DNA of 64,000 bases, taken from assembly GCA_030141605.1 (NCBI GenBank), contig JAQGDQ010000572.1, positions 62,001-126,000 on the forward strand. The letters are read 5' to 3'. The notes under the pieces were generated by a model that saw only the letters and a list, made by a program, of their open reading frames with translations, was not told the DNA's origin and made no database searches. The first letter of the stretch is position 1. Each line of letters begins with the position of its first letter. Positions 13,074 through 25,457 of the stretch are shown piece by piece. This stretch comes from Tubiluchus corallicola. Taxonomy: Eukaryota; Animalia; Priapulida. Both the position numbers and the translations under genes were made by a program.

Positions 13074-13725
13074 AGGACGCAGAAAGGTGTGCCTGAAGTA
13101 GGTTTGAGAAAAATCGCCTTAAAAAAATATATGACTTTATAGCAATTTTATGCGTATATCTTACTCACATTGAAAGGAATTTTCGTTTGTTTTCATTTTA
13201 AATCTCCCTCAATGCTGTTCCGATGTCGCCATTACATGACGTCATGTACCAAACGTAAATCAAGGGAAGAAAAGGCAATGTTAAATTATGTCTCAAAAGA
13301 CTTTCCATGCAAATCTAATACTATGTAACTAGAAATGAAAATTATTAATTATTTAAAATGTTTTCACCAATTGGTAAAATATCACTGACTCACCCTCCAA
13401 GGTGCGCCACTCACTAACCAAAAAACGTATTTTTAATCTCATTGACAAAATACAGTAATTTTAAATTTTATTTAGTTAGTGACTTGTGTGCTACAAATGC
13501 TCTGATTATTTTTTCAAACTTTACAAAATGTTATCTAAACTTGCTTCAAATGACCTGTCGTCAAAATGACTGCGTCTAACGGTCATCGCGGGAGTTTAAA
13601 TTTACATGTTTTATACAGCGTGACTGCCGATTGAAGTCCTGCACGTAAAAAGGCAGCATGTAAGCGATATAAAATTTCAAAACGAATTTTTTAAGCTTTA
13701 TGTTTATGAAGGGTTTTCTTGTGCT
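13074..13725 (+). mobile_element. Kolobok-like MITE family B
   Basis: TTAA|AGG...GCT|TTAA; diverged inverted copy at 28477-29122. Confidence 0.65.
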
Positions 13726-13920
13726 TTAAGCAGTACGCTGCTGTATTGTTTTGTACCTTTCTGACTAGAGTTTATGCCTTCGTGGTTGTTTGGCACCTTC
13801 TTAAGATAATGAAAGGCTTTTAAGAAAATTTTCAAGTTTTTATACATTCGAAAAAAGTGTTTACAAAATCCTAAACTGCTTTACTGTACTGTATAGCTTC
13901 TCTAGCATTTTTACATTATC

Positions 13921-14350
13921 GTTTGATAATGGTAATCACCTGCATTCTTTTTCCACAGTAATCTTAATAAAACTTGACGATGCTCAACACGTTACTGAAC
14001 ACTTTATAATCATGATCACAGTTTTTCTTAGTTCTCGCTCCATTTCATCTTTCATTCACTACTTCCCCCCCCCAACATTTATGTATACATTATCATTATT
14101 TCAATTATTAATCACTTCTTTAAGATTTCCACTTACAGTTTGGCCTGTCAAGCTATGCTTTTAGGCTCAAACTGTATGCATCAAAATTATTCTGTAATGT
14201 AATTTGCACGTGTATATGCTACATAAGAATCTCTTTTGTAATTTCTGGATAACATTGCATTTATATTTATATTTACTTCAGTGAAATTATCTGTATTTTT
14301 ATTATAACTGTTAGAAGCAGAGTGGAAATAAATAAACTTATAACTTATAA
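13921..14350 (+). mobile_element. Dispersed repeat resembling a LINE 3' end with AATAAA plus (CTTATAA)n tail
   Basis: Near-identical inverted copy at 17571-17996. Confidence 0.65.
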
Positions 14351-15736
14351 AAGTTCAGCGCATTAATCGATGCTATTTAAACTTGTTTAAAAATATGCAT
14401 GTAGGTGAGTTACTTTTTTTGCTAGCTTTAGAATATCTTGAACTTCAAAATGGTCTTAGAATGAGTAAAGATATTTGATAAACATGATTCCAACTTCTTA
14501 ATAATATTCATGCGGATAGGCCTCTAACACCGAACATGTTTACTTTCAACTGACGGAATGAAGCATTAATTATTCGATTTTCAAACCTAGCTTCTCTGAA
14601 AGAAAATGTGAAAAACTCAGACAGAGCTTGGATTTGAACCACGATCCTTATAATTGTAATTTCATTGTTTTCATTGCCGTTGAGACTAAAAAGATTATGA
14701 ATAATTCTTATTATTTCCTCCTGCTGGTTTATTCTTTTACCAGTTCTGAGAAATCGGTTGCCAAAAATTATAATTCTTATTACCTATATACTTTCACCTA
14801 TACTTATACTATGTTTATACTTATACCTATATACTTATACTATATACTTATACCTATATATATATATATATATATAATCTTTATTTGCCATAAAAAATCG
14901 ATATTCATAACTATAAAAGCATAAAAGAACATGGCAGCATGAGAATAAAATTCACACAACTGTTAAAGGCAAATGCGCCCAGTGCAAACTAAAAACTACT
15001 GTGCCAAAATTTTAAAACAAAATAAAATTGAAAATAAGCGAGAAACGTTTTGTCGTTTCACATCATGACTTGCAATTTGTAACCCCTAGCAACCGCCTCC
15101 CCTGAAGTAGCAGCCAGATCTATAATAACGCTAGTAAAAATAGTATTATTGACTTTTCCCATGTTTCTCTGGTAATAAGTATTGGTCTGCCTGATACGGT
15201 CTGTTGACAGCGTAACCCTATATGTGTGTTTGAAACTGACGCGTTTGAAGCTGCATTTTAAGATAGTAACGCTGATAAATTTATTTGCTTACTCCACTTG
15301 TTTGTATTGGAGAGCTGCGCGGGTGATTTAAGACTGCGATGACGCCATCAGTTCAAAACAAAACAGCTACAGTTTTGGCTTAGAGCTCCGGCAAGAGAAG
15401 GATTAGAGTAGCTACGCAGCCAGAATCATTGGAAGTCATTAAAACTGGTACAGAACCGGGAAAGTAAAGCCGCCTCACTCCTGCTGTATTGAAAGGCAAA
15501 TATTGAACGTTTGAATTCACATTTTGGGCAGTTTAAAAAGAAGATTTTACTTTCCCCGTTTTTGTGGGTAAAGATATTAGGCGATTCTGAACTAAACTTC
15601 TTGGTTCAGTGCATGTGGTTTTTGTCTTTTGGCATTTCGTTTTTTATTCGTGCCTGTTTGCTTATTATATAGTAAAAGCTACCGTTACGTTTAATAGCCT
15701 GCATGTGCGATCTTTTTTGGATTTTCTAAATACCCA

Positions 15737-16255
15737 AAAGTTAGTTTTTGAAAGGATTTTTTTACTATGCTAGTTTTTGAAAGGATTATTTTACTATGCT
15801 AGTTTTTGAAAGTTTTTTTACTATGCTAGTTTTTGAAAGGATTTTTTTACTATGCTAGTTTTTGAAAGGTTTTTTTACTATGCTAGTTTTTGAAAGTTTT
15901 TTTTACTATGCTAGTTTTTAAAAGGATTTTTTGACAAGGTTAGTTTTTGAAATGATTTTTTTACTATGCTGGTTTTTGAAAGGATTTGTTTGACAAGGTT
16001 AGTTTTTGAAAGGATTTTTTTACTATGCTAGTTTTTGAAAGGTTAGTTTTTTCACTATGCTAGTTTATTCACTGTGCAAATGGATTCATTTGCCAAAGGT
16101 TAGTTTTTGCAATAGTGTTTTTTACTGATGCTAGTTTTTGATAAGCGATTTTTTTACTATGCTAGTTTTTGAAAGGTTTTGCGTTTTAGCTATGCTAGTT
16201 TTTGAAAGGTTTTTTTACTACTGACTAGCTTTTCTTGAAAGGATTTTTTTACTAT
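15737..16255. repeat. Minisatellite, about 30-bp unit (actatgctagtttttgaaaggattttttt), degenerating at the right end
   Basis: Direct reading. Confidence 0.9.
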
Positions 16256-16644
16256 CAGCTGAGTTCCAATCTATGCATTTCTGAATATCATTTGAAAGAA
16301 CTGCATAGCTTTTCTTGGAAATGTTTTATCAATTGACAATATCAGCTGACTTCCAATTTACGCATATCTGAGTGTCTGAATATTGGGTTGTTGTTTGGTC
16401 AGAGATCTCTGTCAGATAACCAGAAACTGTAACGGCCTCGAGTCTGAGTTTGTTGACGACAGTGTTTTTGTGCATACGTAGCCTAAAAGCCCCTCCTGGT
16501 GGCAGGTGACGACAACCAGGAAGTATTGCACGTAATAATGTTTTATGGCTTAGCTTCAGATAAGCGATTAATAAATTATGAGTTGTTTTTGTACCGTTTC
16601 GCTCGCGCCTGGTTCTATAAATAGCGCATTCCGTTTGATTAGTT

Positions 16645-16908
16645 TTTCTGACGTACGCATTACGTCACGTACGCATTACGTCGTGAGCGTACTTTGTACA
16701 TTTCTTTGTTTACATAATGTCAAGTGGCAGGCCTCCACAGTATATTTATACCATCCGTGCGTTTTCTGCAAAACCAGTTCTTGTGTGAGAAACGTTTGCT
16801 GATAATATTACCTAAGTTTACCTTTGTTCGGGGTGTTAACTTTATTTCTATCTGTGATTTTGATGTGATAAGATGTCGACGGTGTCGAATTACGAATATC
16901 AGGTAGGT
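16645..16908 (+). promoter_or_regulatory. Putative FRMD8 promoter/non-coding exon (duplicated acgtacgcattacgtc, donor CAG|GTAGGT)
   Basis: CpG-rich patch with CRE-like TTACGTCA; consensus donor at 16903. Confidence 0.35.
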
Positions 16909-17570
16909 TTTGAGGCTTGTAAGTGTTGTTTACTGTACGCTATGTCATGTTGAGTTGTCGAAGATTGTACGGATACGCGTGTTGCCATATAGGTCTAAGT
17001 TTAGATAGATTTGATAGCACATTCTTCGTGAGATAAACAAAAGTTTTATATTACTTTGTATTGTCAATAAGATCAATCGCGTTTTTTGGTGAATCAGTGG
17101 TGCACTCTGGGAAGGTGATACAGTGCTGTTTTATACAGTAGTCACGAATATTTTAAATTATTAAGACTCCTTTTCTAGTAACATAAATCCTTCAAACTAG
17201 TTAGCATAATCCAGAGCAATATAACTTACCGTGAAAAGTGTTTTGTAACATACCTTTTTCTTTTCATTTTCATTTCTTTTCTTTTCATTCCCTTTAAGTC
17301 AGTGTACGTGAATATGCAGTCAGAACTAGAGCTAAGGTGTCTTGAATCACGAAAAGGTTGTAACAATGGATTATTGTTGGTCTTGACTTGAACCAAGCTG
17401 TGACTGGTAAACATTTCGTCTGCTGTTAAACAACTTTGCTTTATAAACCTTCATCTAACTCTTGAGCAAGCAAGCAGTCAGTTTTAGAAAATCTTTAGGT
17501 TTTTGAAGCCAATTAGTTGGTTTAGCAAGTATTTGCCAGTTCTACTTCAGAAGTTACAATTCGTCTTTAG

Positions 17571-17996
17571 TTATAAGTTATAAGTTTATTTATTTCCACT
17601 CTGCATCTAACAATTATAATAAAAATACAGATAATAGATAATTTCACTGAAGTAAATATAAATATAAATGCAGTATTATCCAGAAATTACAAAATGCAGC
17701 ATATACATGTGCAAATTACATTACAGAATAATTTTGATGCATACAGTTTGAGCCTAAAAACATAGCTTGACAGGCAAAACTGTACGTGGAAATCTTAAAG
17801 AAGTGACTAATAATTGAAATAATGATAATATATACATAAAAGTGGGGGGGGGGAGTAGTGAATGAAAGATGAAATGGAGCGAGAACTAAGAAAAACTGTG
17901 ATCATGATTATAAAGTGTTCAGTAACCTGTTGAGCATAGTCACGTTTTATTAAGATTACTGTGGAAAAAGAATGCAGGTGATTGCCATTATCAAAC
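17571..17996 (-). mobile_element. Inverted copy of the 13921-14350 repeat
   Basis: Reverse-complement identity over about 430 bp. Confidence 0.65.
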
Positions 17997-18438
17997 TGTG
18001 TTACTCTTAATACTTTTGAAATATTTTTTTTCTGACGGTTTTTTAAATTTGATTACACCTGTCTGATTGCACTCGTACAATTATAAATTGAATCTACAGT
18101 AATTAATGTTCTATTAGGAAATGATACGGGCTCGGTTGTAATGAATTACTGCTGTTTCAGTGTAAGCAGTTTCTCATTTGCGATACTTATGTTTTTGCGA
18201 TTAGTCAAATTTTCTCAAGCTCTCAGTGAAATTATTCTTAATGTTATTTTGGCCTTATTTCTTGTGTGAATCTGAGTAATTAGTTTTAAAGTTTGTTATT
18301 GTGCAACATCTGTGCATTGTCACCTGGTCGTGATGTATTCCAGGATTCAGTTTTGCCTGCAGGTAATGGTGAAATACACCTTTGTATTGAGAGAGAGTAT
18401 TGCTCAGCAGTTTTGTGTTTCGCATCGTTAGCAAGAGA

Positions 18439-18793
18439 ACTCACCCAAAAACCATTTATGATGGGGCCCTAGACGTTTATTACGTGTCTAGAAGCTATAA
18501 GAACACTTTACTCACCCAAAAACCATTTATGATGGGGCCCTACACGTTTATTACGTTTCTAGAAGCGGTAAGAACACTTTACTCACCCAAAAACCATTTA
18601 TGATGGGGCCCTAGACGTTTATTACGTTTCTAGAAGCTATAAGAACACTTTACTCACCCAAAAACCATTTATGATGGGGCCCTAGACGTTTATTACGTTT
18701 CTAGAAGCTATAAGAACACTTTACTCACCCAAAAACCATTTATGATGGGGCCCTAGACGTTTATTACGTGTCTAGAAGCTATAAGAACACTTT
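18439..18793. repeat. Tandem array, 71-bp unit x5
   Basis: actcacccaaaaaccatttatgatggggccc at 18439, 18510, 18581, 18652, 18723. Confidence 0.95.
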
Positions 18794-19188
18794 AGTAGCA
18801 GAATATTTGGAGCGTTGGCGAATTTTCAAGACATTCTGTTGATATATTATGCGAGAAACTTGAACAAGAACATTGATAGAAGTGATAAGAACAGTTTAGT
18901 AGCAGAATATTTGGAGCGTTGGCGAATTTTCAAGACATTCTGTTGATATATTATGCGAGAAACTTGAACAAGAACATTGATAGAAGTGGTAAGAACAGTT
19001 TAGTAGCAGAATATTTGGAGTGTTGGCGAATTTTCAAGACATTCTGTTGATATATTATGCGAGAAACTTGAACAAGAACATTGATAGAAGTGATAAGAAC
19101 AGTTTAGTAGCAGAATATTTGGAGTGTTGGCGAATTTTCAAGACATTCTGTTGATATATTATGCGAGAAACTTGAACAAGAACGTTGA
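18781..19188. repeat. Tandem array, 104-bp unit, about x4
   Basis: tagtagcagaatatttggag... repeated every 104 bp. Confidence 0.95.
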
Positions 19189-19454
19189 ATTAGAATTATA
19201 TTGAAAGTTTTAGAATTGAGTATTTCATACGAAAGGATTTACTCTGTAGGTAGACGGCAGAAAAGCCATTATCATAATGATTTTGGAAAAACTTAATAAC
19301 TGCATAAAGACCTTAAGCTCAAAAACGCAGTTTATAGTTGCCAGGGGATCATCACTGAGATTTTTTTAATCAATTGATGATTTTTTCGACTAATACCTGT
19401 CAGGTTGCTAGTGGGATTCTGAATAGTTGAACATACAAGCGTATTTAGTGACCT

Positions 19455-20093
19455 GAATTAAGCGAGTTTTTGGCACTGTGCCGGATTTTCTTATGCCACG
19501 CAATTCCCGTGTTCCTTAAGCATGTTTTAATGATGCTAGGAATTAAGCGAGCTTTTGGCACTGCGCCAGATTTTCTTATGCCATGCAATTCCCGTGTTTC
19601 TTAAGCATGTTTTAATGATGCTAGGAATTAAGCGAGCTTTTGGCACTGTGCCAGATTTTCTTATGCCATGCAATTCCCGTGTTTCTTAAACATGTTCTAC
19701 TGTTTTAATGATGCTAGGTATTAAGCGAGCTTTTGGCACTGTGCCAGATTTTCTTATGCCATGCAATTCCCGTGTTTCTTAAGCATGTTCTACTGTTTTA
19801 ATGATGCTAGGAATTAAGCGAGCTTTTGGCACTGTGCCAGATTTTCTTATGCCATGCAATTCCCGTGTTTCTTAAGCATGTTCTACTGTTTTAATGATGC
19901 TAGGAATTAAGCGAGCTTTTGGCACTGTGCCAGATTTTCCTATGCCATGCAATTCCCGTGTTTCTTAAGCATGTTCTACTGTTTTAATGATGCTAGGAAT
20001 TAAGCGAGCTTTTGGCACTGTGCCAGATTTTCTTATGCCATGCAATTCCCGTGTTTCTTAAGCACGTTCTACTGTTTTAATGATGCTATGAAT
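19455..20093. repeat. Tandem array, 85/93-bp unit, about x7
   Basis: gaattaagcgagcttttggcactgtgccag... repeated. Confidence 0.95.
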
Positions 20094-20370
20094 GAGCATT
20101 CTTTCCCCCTATCGGAAAGAAAATTCGGATTGAATTGAATTTTTCACTTTCAAACTCGAATCAAATCGAATTCCAGGATTTCGATCCGAGTTTTAAAGAT
20201 TTTCGAATGATTTATTGAAGTTTGATAACATGTGCAGCAACTGTTCATGTTAACCTAAACCAAAGTGCATATGTGATGTTTGTCTGTTTGTTTGTTTGTT
20301 TACAGAAAGACTGAGAAAGTGAAACTTGTTTGTTTGTTTACAGAAAGTGAAACTTGTGCAGTTGCAAACG

Positions 20371-20491
20371 ATGGATGAAATGTTGGGCGAAACGACGGCT
20401 AACGGTATGCAGATGAAGACGTATCGTTCTAATCCAAACGACAACACCCTAGTCATTCCACTAGAACGGGATAGTTCCCGGGAAGAAACAG
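20371..20491 (+). CDS. FRMD8: FRMD8 putative coding exon 1 (MDEMLGETT...EET)
   Basis: ATG after a strong acceptor; phase-1 donor CAG|GTCATC (weak) matches the next exon; lineage-specific N-terminus. Confidence 0.5.
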
Positions 20492-21599
20492 GTCATCATC
20501 TAAAATATTTACATTTCTTTTTTTTGGCAAATCTTACTATAACATGCACATGTGTTCTTTTTTGTCTCACGCTGTCAGTATGTTTAAAGCACTGCTGATT
20601 AATGCGCAAAACTAATTTAAAGGACAAGGATATAAATTTCTTCTCAAACTTCCAAGCCTGTCTAACAGATGGAGCCATTTAAGATGTTCTGACTGTTGAC
20701 ATACATATAAAAAGAGTCTTCATTCATACTTTTACAGTTGCTAAATCACAAAACTACTAGTGCACAAATCAAATTCAAAATAGTTTATTAATTTAACATA
20801 TATCATAGTCACAATAAGTTATGTACAATTTTGAAATACAATATGTAATTAGTAAAGTGAAAACTTTAGTAAACCAGTAAAATAAATCACTGGTTTAGTG
20901 AAAATAAATTACATTTTTTCACCGATAATCGTGATATAATTTTTTTTTGAACTTCTGATGCATTCTGGGATTGTGCGTCAGTTAAGTAATGATACATTTT
21001 TCTGGCTGATTTAAACAGTTCGAGTTCCTAACAAATTTCTTTCCTTCTAAGGATCTTTCCTCCTTTCTTTCTTAAGAATATGAAGTATGTTGCTAGACGT
21101 ATAACTTCATTGTTTAGTTTTTCTGAAACCTTTAAATTTGTTGTTCTTCTCCTTTAAGTAAAGTAAACATTAAAGTAAAATAACGCATTTTATTTTTTTA
21201 CATCATATTACAAAGCATGAAAGGATGAGCATTAAATTTGGAGTATTGAGAAACGCTGCCTCATAAGAGACAACAATTCATGTACTCGGTGTAAAAGCAT
21301 CAAACTTGTAATTTCATTGTCTGAACAAGTAAATTTTTTCATCAGTCTGTCACTGCAACAAACAGCAGCCTTCTTTTGGAAACTGCTCAGAACGTTCCAA
21401 GGTTATTGCATCTTTTGCTAAAAAGTGGTGAAATTGTTTAAGTTGGCACTCGAGTGGATACATACAATGAAAACCCGTGAAATTAATGGATCTAAACATT
21501 ATGAAGTAACTCAACTTATTTTTTTCTTGAAATATGCTTCCAGTATATTCCACAATGCTTCATGCTGGAAATTTATAAACTTAGGTAGAGTTATAAATT

Positions 21600-22108
21600 T
21601 ATTAAAGTACATCAGTTAAGAGCAACTTTTAAAAGCATATTAAAGAACTTATATTAAAGTACATCAGTTAAGAGTAATTTTTAAAAGTATATTAAAGAAC
21701 TTATATTAAAGTACATCAGTTAAGAACAATTTTTAAAAGCATATTAAAGTACATCAGTTAAGTGCAACTTTTAAAAGCATATTAAAGCACTTATATTAAA
21801 GTACATCAGTTAAGAACAATTTTTAAAAGCATATTAAAGTACATCAGTTAAGAGCAACTTTTAAAAGCATATTAAAGCACTTATATTAAAGTACATCAGT
21901 TAAGAACAATTTTTAAAAGCATATTAAAGTACATCAGTTAAGAGCAACTTTTAAAAGCATATTAAAGCACTTATATTAAAGTACATCAGTTAAGAACAAT
22001 TTTTAAAAGCATATTAAAGTACATCAGTTAAGTGCAACTTTTAAAAGCATATTAAAGCACTTATATTAAAGTACATCAGTTAAGTGCAATTTTTAAAAGC
22101 ATATTAAA
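21600..22108. repeat. AT-rich tandem array with alternating 52/39-bp units
   Basis: attaaagtacatcagttaag... repeated. Confidence 0.92.
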
Positions 22109-22914
22109 CGTGAATGTTTCAAAGCGTAACTTGTGAATTATAAAGTTAATAGAAGTGGCCTAGTCTGATGTAACATTAACGGCTTAAATGCATACTTGAC
22201 ATATTTTAAGCATAACATAAACTTACGAACAAACAACTCAACTTTTTATGGAAACCCGTTGATGTTCCAAGTTTAGGAAATTTAGATTCTTGGAATTTTT
22301 TCGGTTTTACGTGGCTTTAAATATTTGCTGCCATTTCGCGAAGCTGAGTATTTCAAACAAAGTGAACTCGAACGATAAACTTTAAACAAAATAGCCTGTC
22401 GAAACCGATAGAAATTAAAGACTCGTAAGCCAAGTTTTTTTTCTTCTATTAGTCATAACACATAGCAATATGTATATGTCCATTTACCATCAGAAGAACT
22501 AATTGAGGATTCTTCGTTTTTATAAGATAAGTTAAAATATATTTATTTATCTCCTGGAAGTTTATCAGTACACAGAAACATTCTGACATTTTTAGGTTTA
22601 GTACAATGAAAAATATTTTGTAGTGTAGAAGGAAGTACAAATATAATGTAGTGTAGAGAAAGGGTGGGGAATGACCTTAAGGTCAGCTATGTCAACCACC
22701 CTTATTTTAGAAATTCTGTATTTTTCATACATGGCTGAATAAGCTGATGATTGTGAAATTCAGTTGTTAAAATTCATAAAGATACCAAACCCTTGAACAC
22801 GATAAAATACTGACAGTTTCACAATAGGAGAACTGAATAATATAAACAAAAGCACAATTAAAAATTAACAAAATTAATGCAAAATCGGAATTAATTGACA
22901 TAATATAATTTTAA

Positions 22915-23257
22915 CCCTTTCAGTCCCAAATTATTTTTTTAATAAGAAAAACTTTTTTAAAAACAAAACAAAAACAAGAAATGTGCTTCATTTTGCAACT
23001 GCTGATAATTTTTGAAAGTATTTAAGACATTTAGTATTCATGCTATGCTGATCTGTACAAAGTCGTATCTAAAGTACTATACCTTTTGCAGTTTTTTATG
23101 CTATGTAGTTTTCTAGTTTGCCATTTTATCACCATTTTAGTCTATTGTTATTGGCTTAAATCAAAATAACTATTAACAGATCAAATAACTGTCAGTTTTA
23201 AAATTTTATTATTTTAAAGGCAGAAAATATTCTCGTATCCCACGGGATACAACGGAG
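22915..23257 (+). mobile_element. piggyBac-like MITE, truncated copy
   Basis: TTAA|CCCTTTCAGTCCC start; homologous to 47421-47877. Confidence 0.7.
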
Positions 23258-23557
23258 TGTCCATTTCAGGATAAAAGTAACAAAAAACTCTAAGTAAATT
23301 GTTATAATTTTTGATATCATAGTCTCCATGTTGCTTGAATGTTGATTTTTATGTATTGACCGAACTATGTTCTGTCTTAACTTGCTAAAACGAGTAATAA
23401 TCATTTACAATTACACGGCTAATCCAAGCACCGATAACTAATCTTTTGTCCTTTGCGATTTATCTCCACAAGCACTTGCTTTTCTCTGCGTCAACTTATA
23501 CTAATCTGTGTCATTTCTCTTTTTTGCTCTGTCTTTTGCATGGCTGCCATCTTACAG

Positions 23558-23668
23558 TGACAGTAGTGCCATCTTCAGGCGGTATCAGTAGGCTGCACAG
23601 TGGTCCGTCATTATTGATTCCGCCGCCCCCTCTGTACTCGGGGGATCACAGAAATCTCCTAACAAAGA
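23558..23668 (+). CDS. FRMD8: FRMD8 putative coding exon 2 (VTVVPSSGG...PPPPLYSGDHRNLLTK)
   Basis: cttacag| acceptor, A|GTAAGT donor, 111 nt open, phase 1-1. Confidence 0.6.
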
Positions 23669-24110
23669 GTAAGTACTATCTATGCTTTCTTTCATTTAAG
23701 AGTTCGTATCAGTTGTGGCTGGAATGGCACCTTGTGTAACTGGTGTAAGATTCCACTTATGTAGTTAACAGTATGCAGGAATGTTACCAAAATGAGTGTT
23801 TCGTTTCAATTTGCCGATAATTGCACTGTCGGTTAAGTTTCGGTTTCGGCAAAATTTATTAAATTTCGTAGCGGAAGTTTCGAATCATTTTTGGTAAACC
23901 ACCCCATCAAACTTGAGGTTCTATGCTATAAAACTTCCTTGTCCTTTTTGTATTAAAATTTTTATTGGTAATTTTGCATCATAGCAAAGAAAAAGCATAT
24001 CAAACAAACAAAAAACAAAATATTTTACTTTTTTGAATTTTTTTCAGTTTTAATAGTAGTTGATTTTGCAAAAATGTTTCGGTATCGATTTCCTGTATTT
24101 GATAAATTTC

Positions 24111-24480
24111 AGTTTTGGTTTCGGGATATTACCGAAAGGAAAATTTGCCAATAATTGCATTATCGGTTAAGTTTTGGTTTCGGGATATTACCGAAAGGAA
24201 AATTTGCCAATAATTGCATTATCAGTTAAGTTTTGGTTTCGGAATATTACCGAAAGGAAAATTTGCCAATAATTGCATTATCAGTTAAGTTTTGGTTTCG
24301 GGATATTACCGAAAGGAAAATTTGCCAATAATTGCATTATCGGTTAAGTTTTGGTTTCGGGATATTACCGAAAGGAAAATTTGCCAATAATTGCATTATC
24401 GGTTAAGTTTTGGTTTCGGGATATTACCGAAAGGAAAATTTGCCAATAATTGCATTATCGGTTAAGTTTCGGTTTCGGCT
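24111..24480. repeat. Tandem array, 59-bp unit, about x6 (amplified from a TE-like subterminal motif also at about 23806-23870)
   Basis: ttttggtttcgggatattaccgaaaggaaaatttgccaataattgc repeated. Confidence 0.93.
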
Positions 24481-25079
24481 AAATTTATTAAATTAGTTCA
24501 GATAAAGCGAAAATTTTGTTCGCATAAAACTTTGTCACGTGCTTTTACCGGCTCAGTGCCGATTAAATTTGCTCATATGATGCCCATTTTCATGCATGAA
24601 AATCAGAGGCAGCATTATCACATTCACCGCCGAATCATTTTATAGCTCGCCTACTGCTCATAAAAATCGGATGATGTTGATTCAGTGTTGCAATTTTGCT
24701 TATTCAGTTTACAGGGCATTAGTCATGGTTGTTCAACCTGAATCTTCTCTTTATTGTTTCCGTGTTTGCATTAGACTTCTGCGAAAAATTTTATTGCCAT
24801 AAAATGATTTCTATTTCAAAATCATTATTTGGCATAAAACCTGTAAGTAATAATTAATTTTTGTGACTTAATACTCATCGCGGTACGTAAATAACAGTGT
24901 AATTTGTAAGCAGGAAATTGATTTCGCAAGTTTTGTAATATGCAGTTTTCTTTTTGCTTATTGTGCTTCGATTTTTAATAGTCAATAATAGTACAAGTAT
25001 CTTTTCTCGAACTCTAACTAGTTCATGCCTTTTAGCAATAAGGGGAACCGTTTACAATCGTGACTTTTATTCATCTGAT

Positions 25080-25457
25080 ATGCTTTACCGTACTTCTGGC
25101 CATTCATGCCCAATATATTCTACTTTCGAAAAAAGAAGAACCTTGGACAACAAAAATAAGATGGATTTCACTTATGCTTAGACTGCCTGATGGTAGTCCA
25201 GTGAAGATAGCTCTTCAGCATGCCATAGAAGCAGCCAGAAAAACCTGCAGGAGGACATATGTTGACATATTTAGATTTTGCACGGAAAGATTTAAACACT
25301 TCAGCATTGATCCTTAGAAATAAATGCACTTGGGGCGTTGCAGCGAGTAGGGAGTCCTGGCATAGGGAGGTGAGCAGAATTCATTGCATGATGATATACT
25401 CTTGATAGATAATAGGAATTCACCATGTAAGGCCGTCAAATACCAAATCATCATCAT
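25080..25457 (+). mobile_element. Degenerate RTE-clade LINE 3' fragment
   Basis: WTTKIRWISLMLRLPDGSPVKIAL and TWGVAASRESWHREV resemble the RTE ORF C-terminus; (ATC)n tail. Confidence 0.65.

Noticed and set aside
16060-16380. Scrambled interleaving of repeat units and unique sequence
   Set aside because: Could be a consensus/haplotype-collapse artefact at the array edge; cannot be judged without reads.
22735-22780. Minimal hammerhead (CTGATGA ttgt GAAA)
   Set aside because: Stems I and III cannot form.
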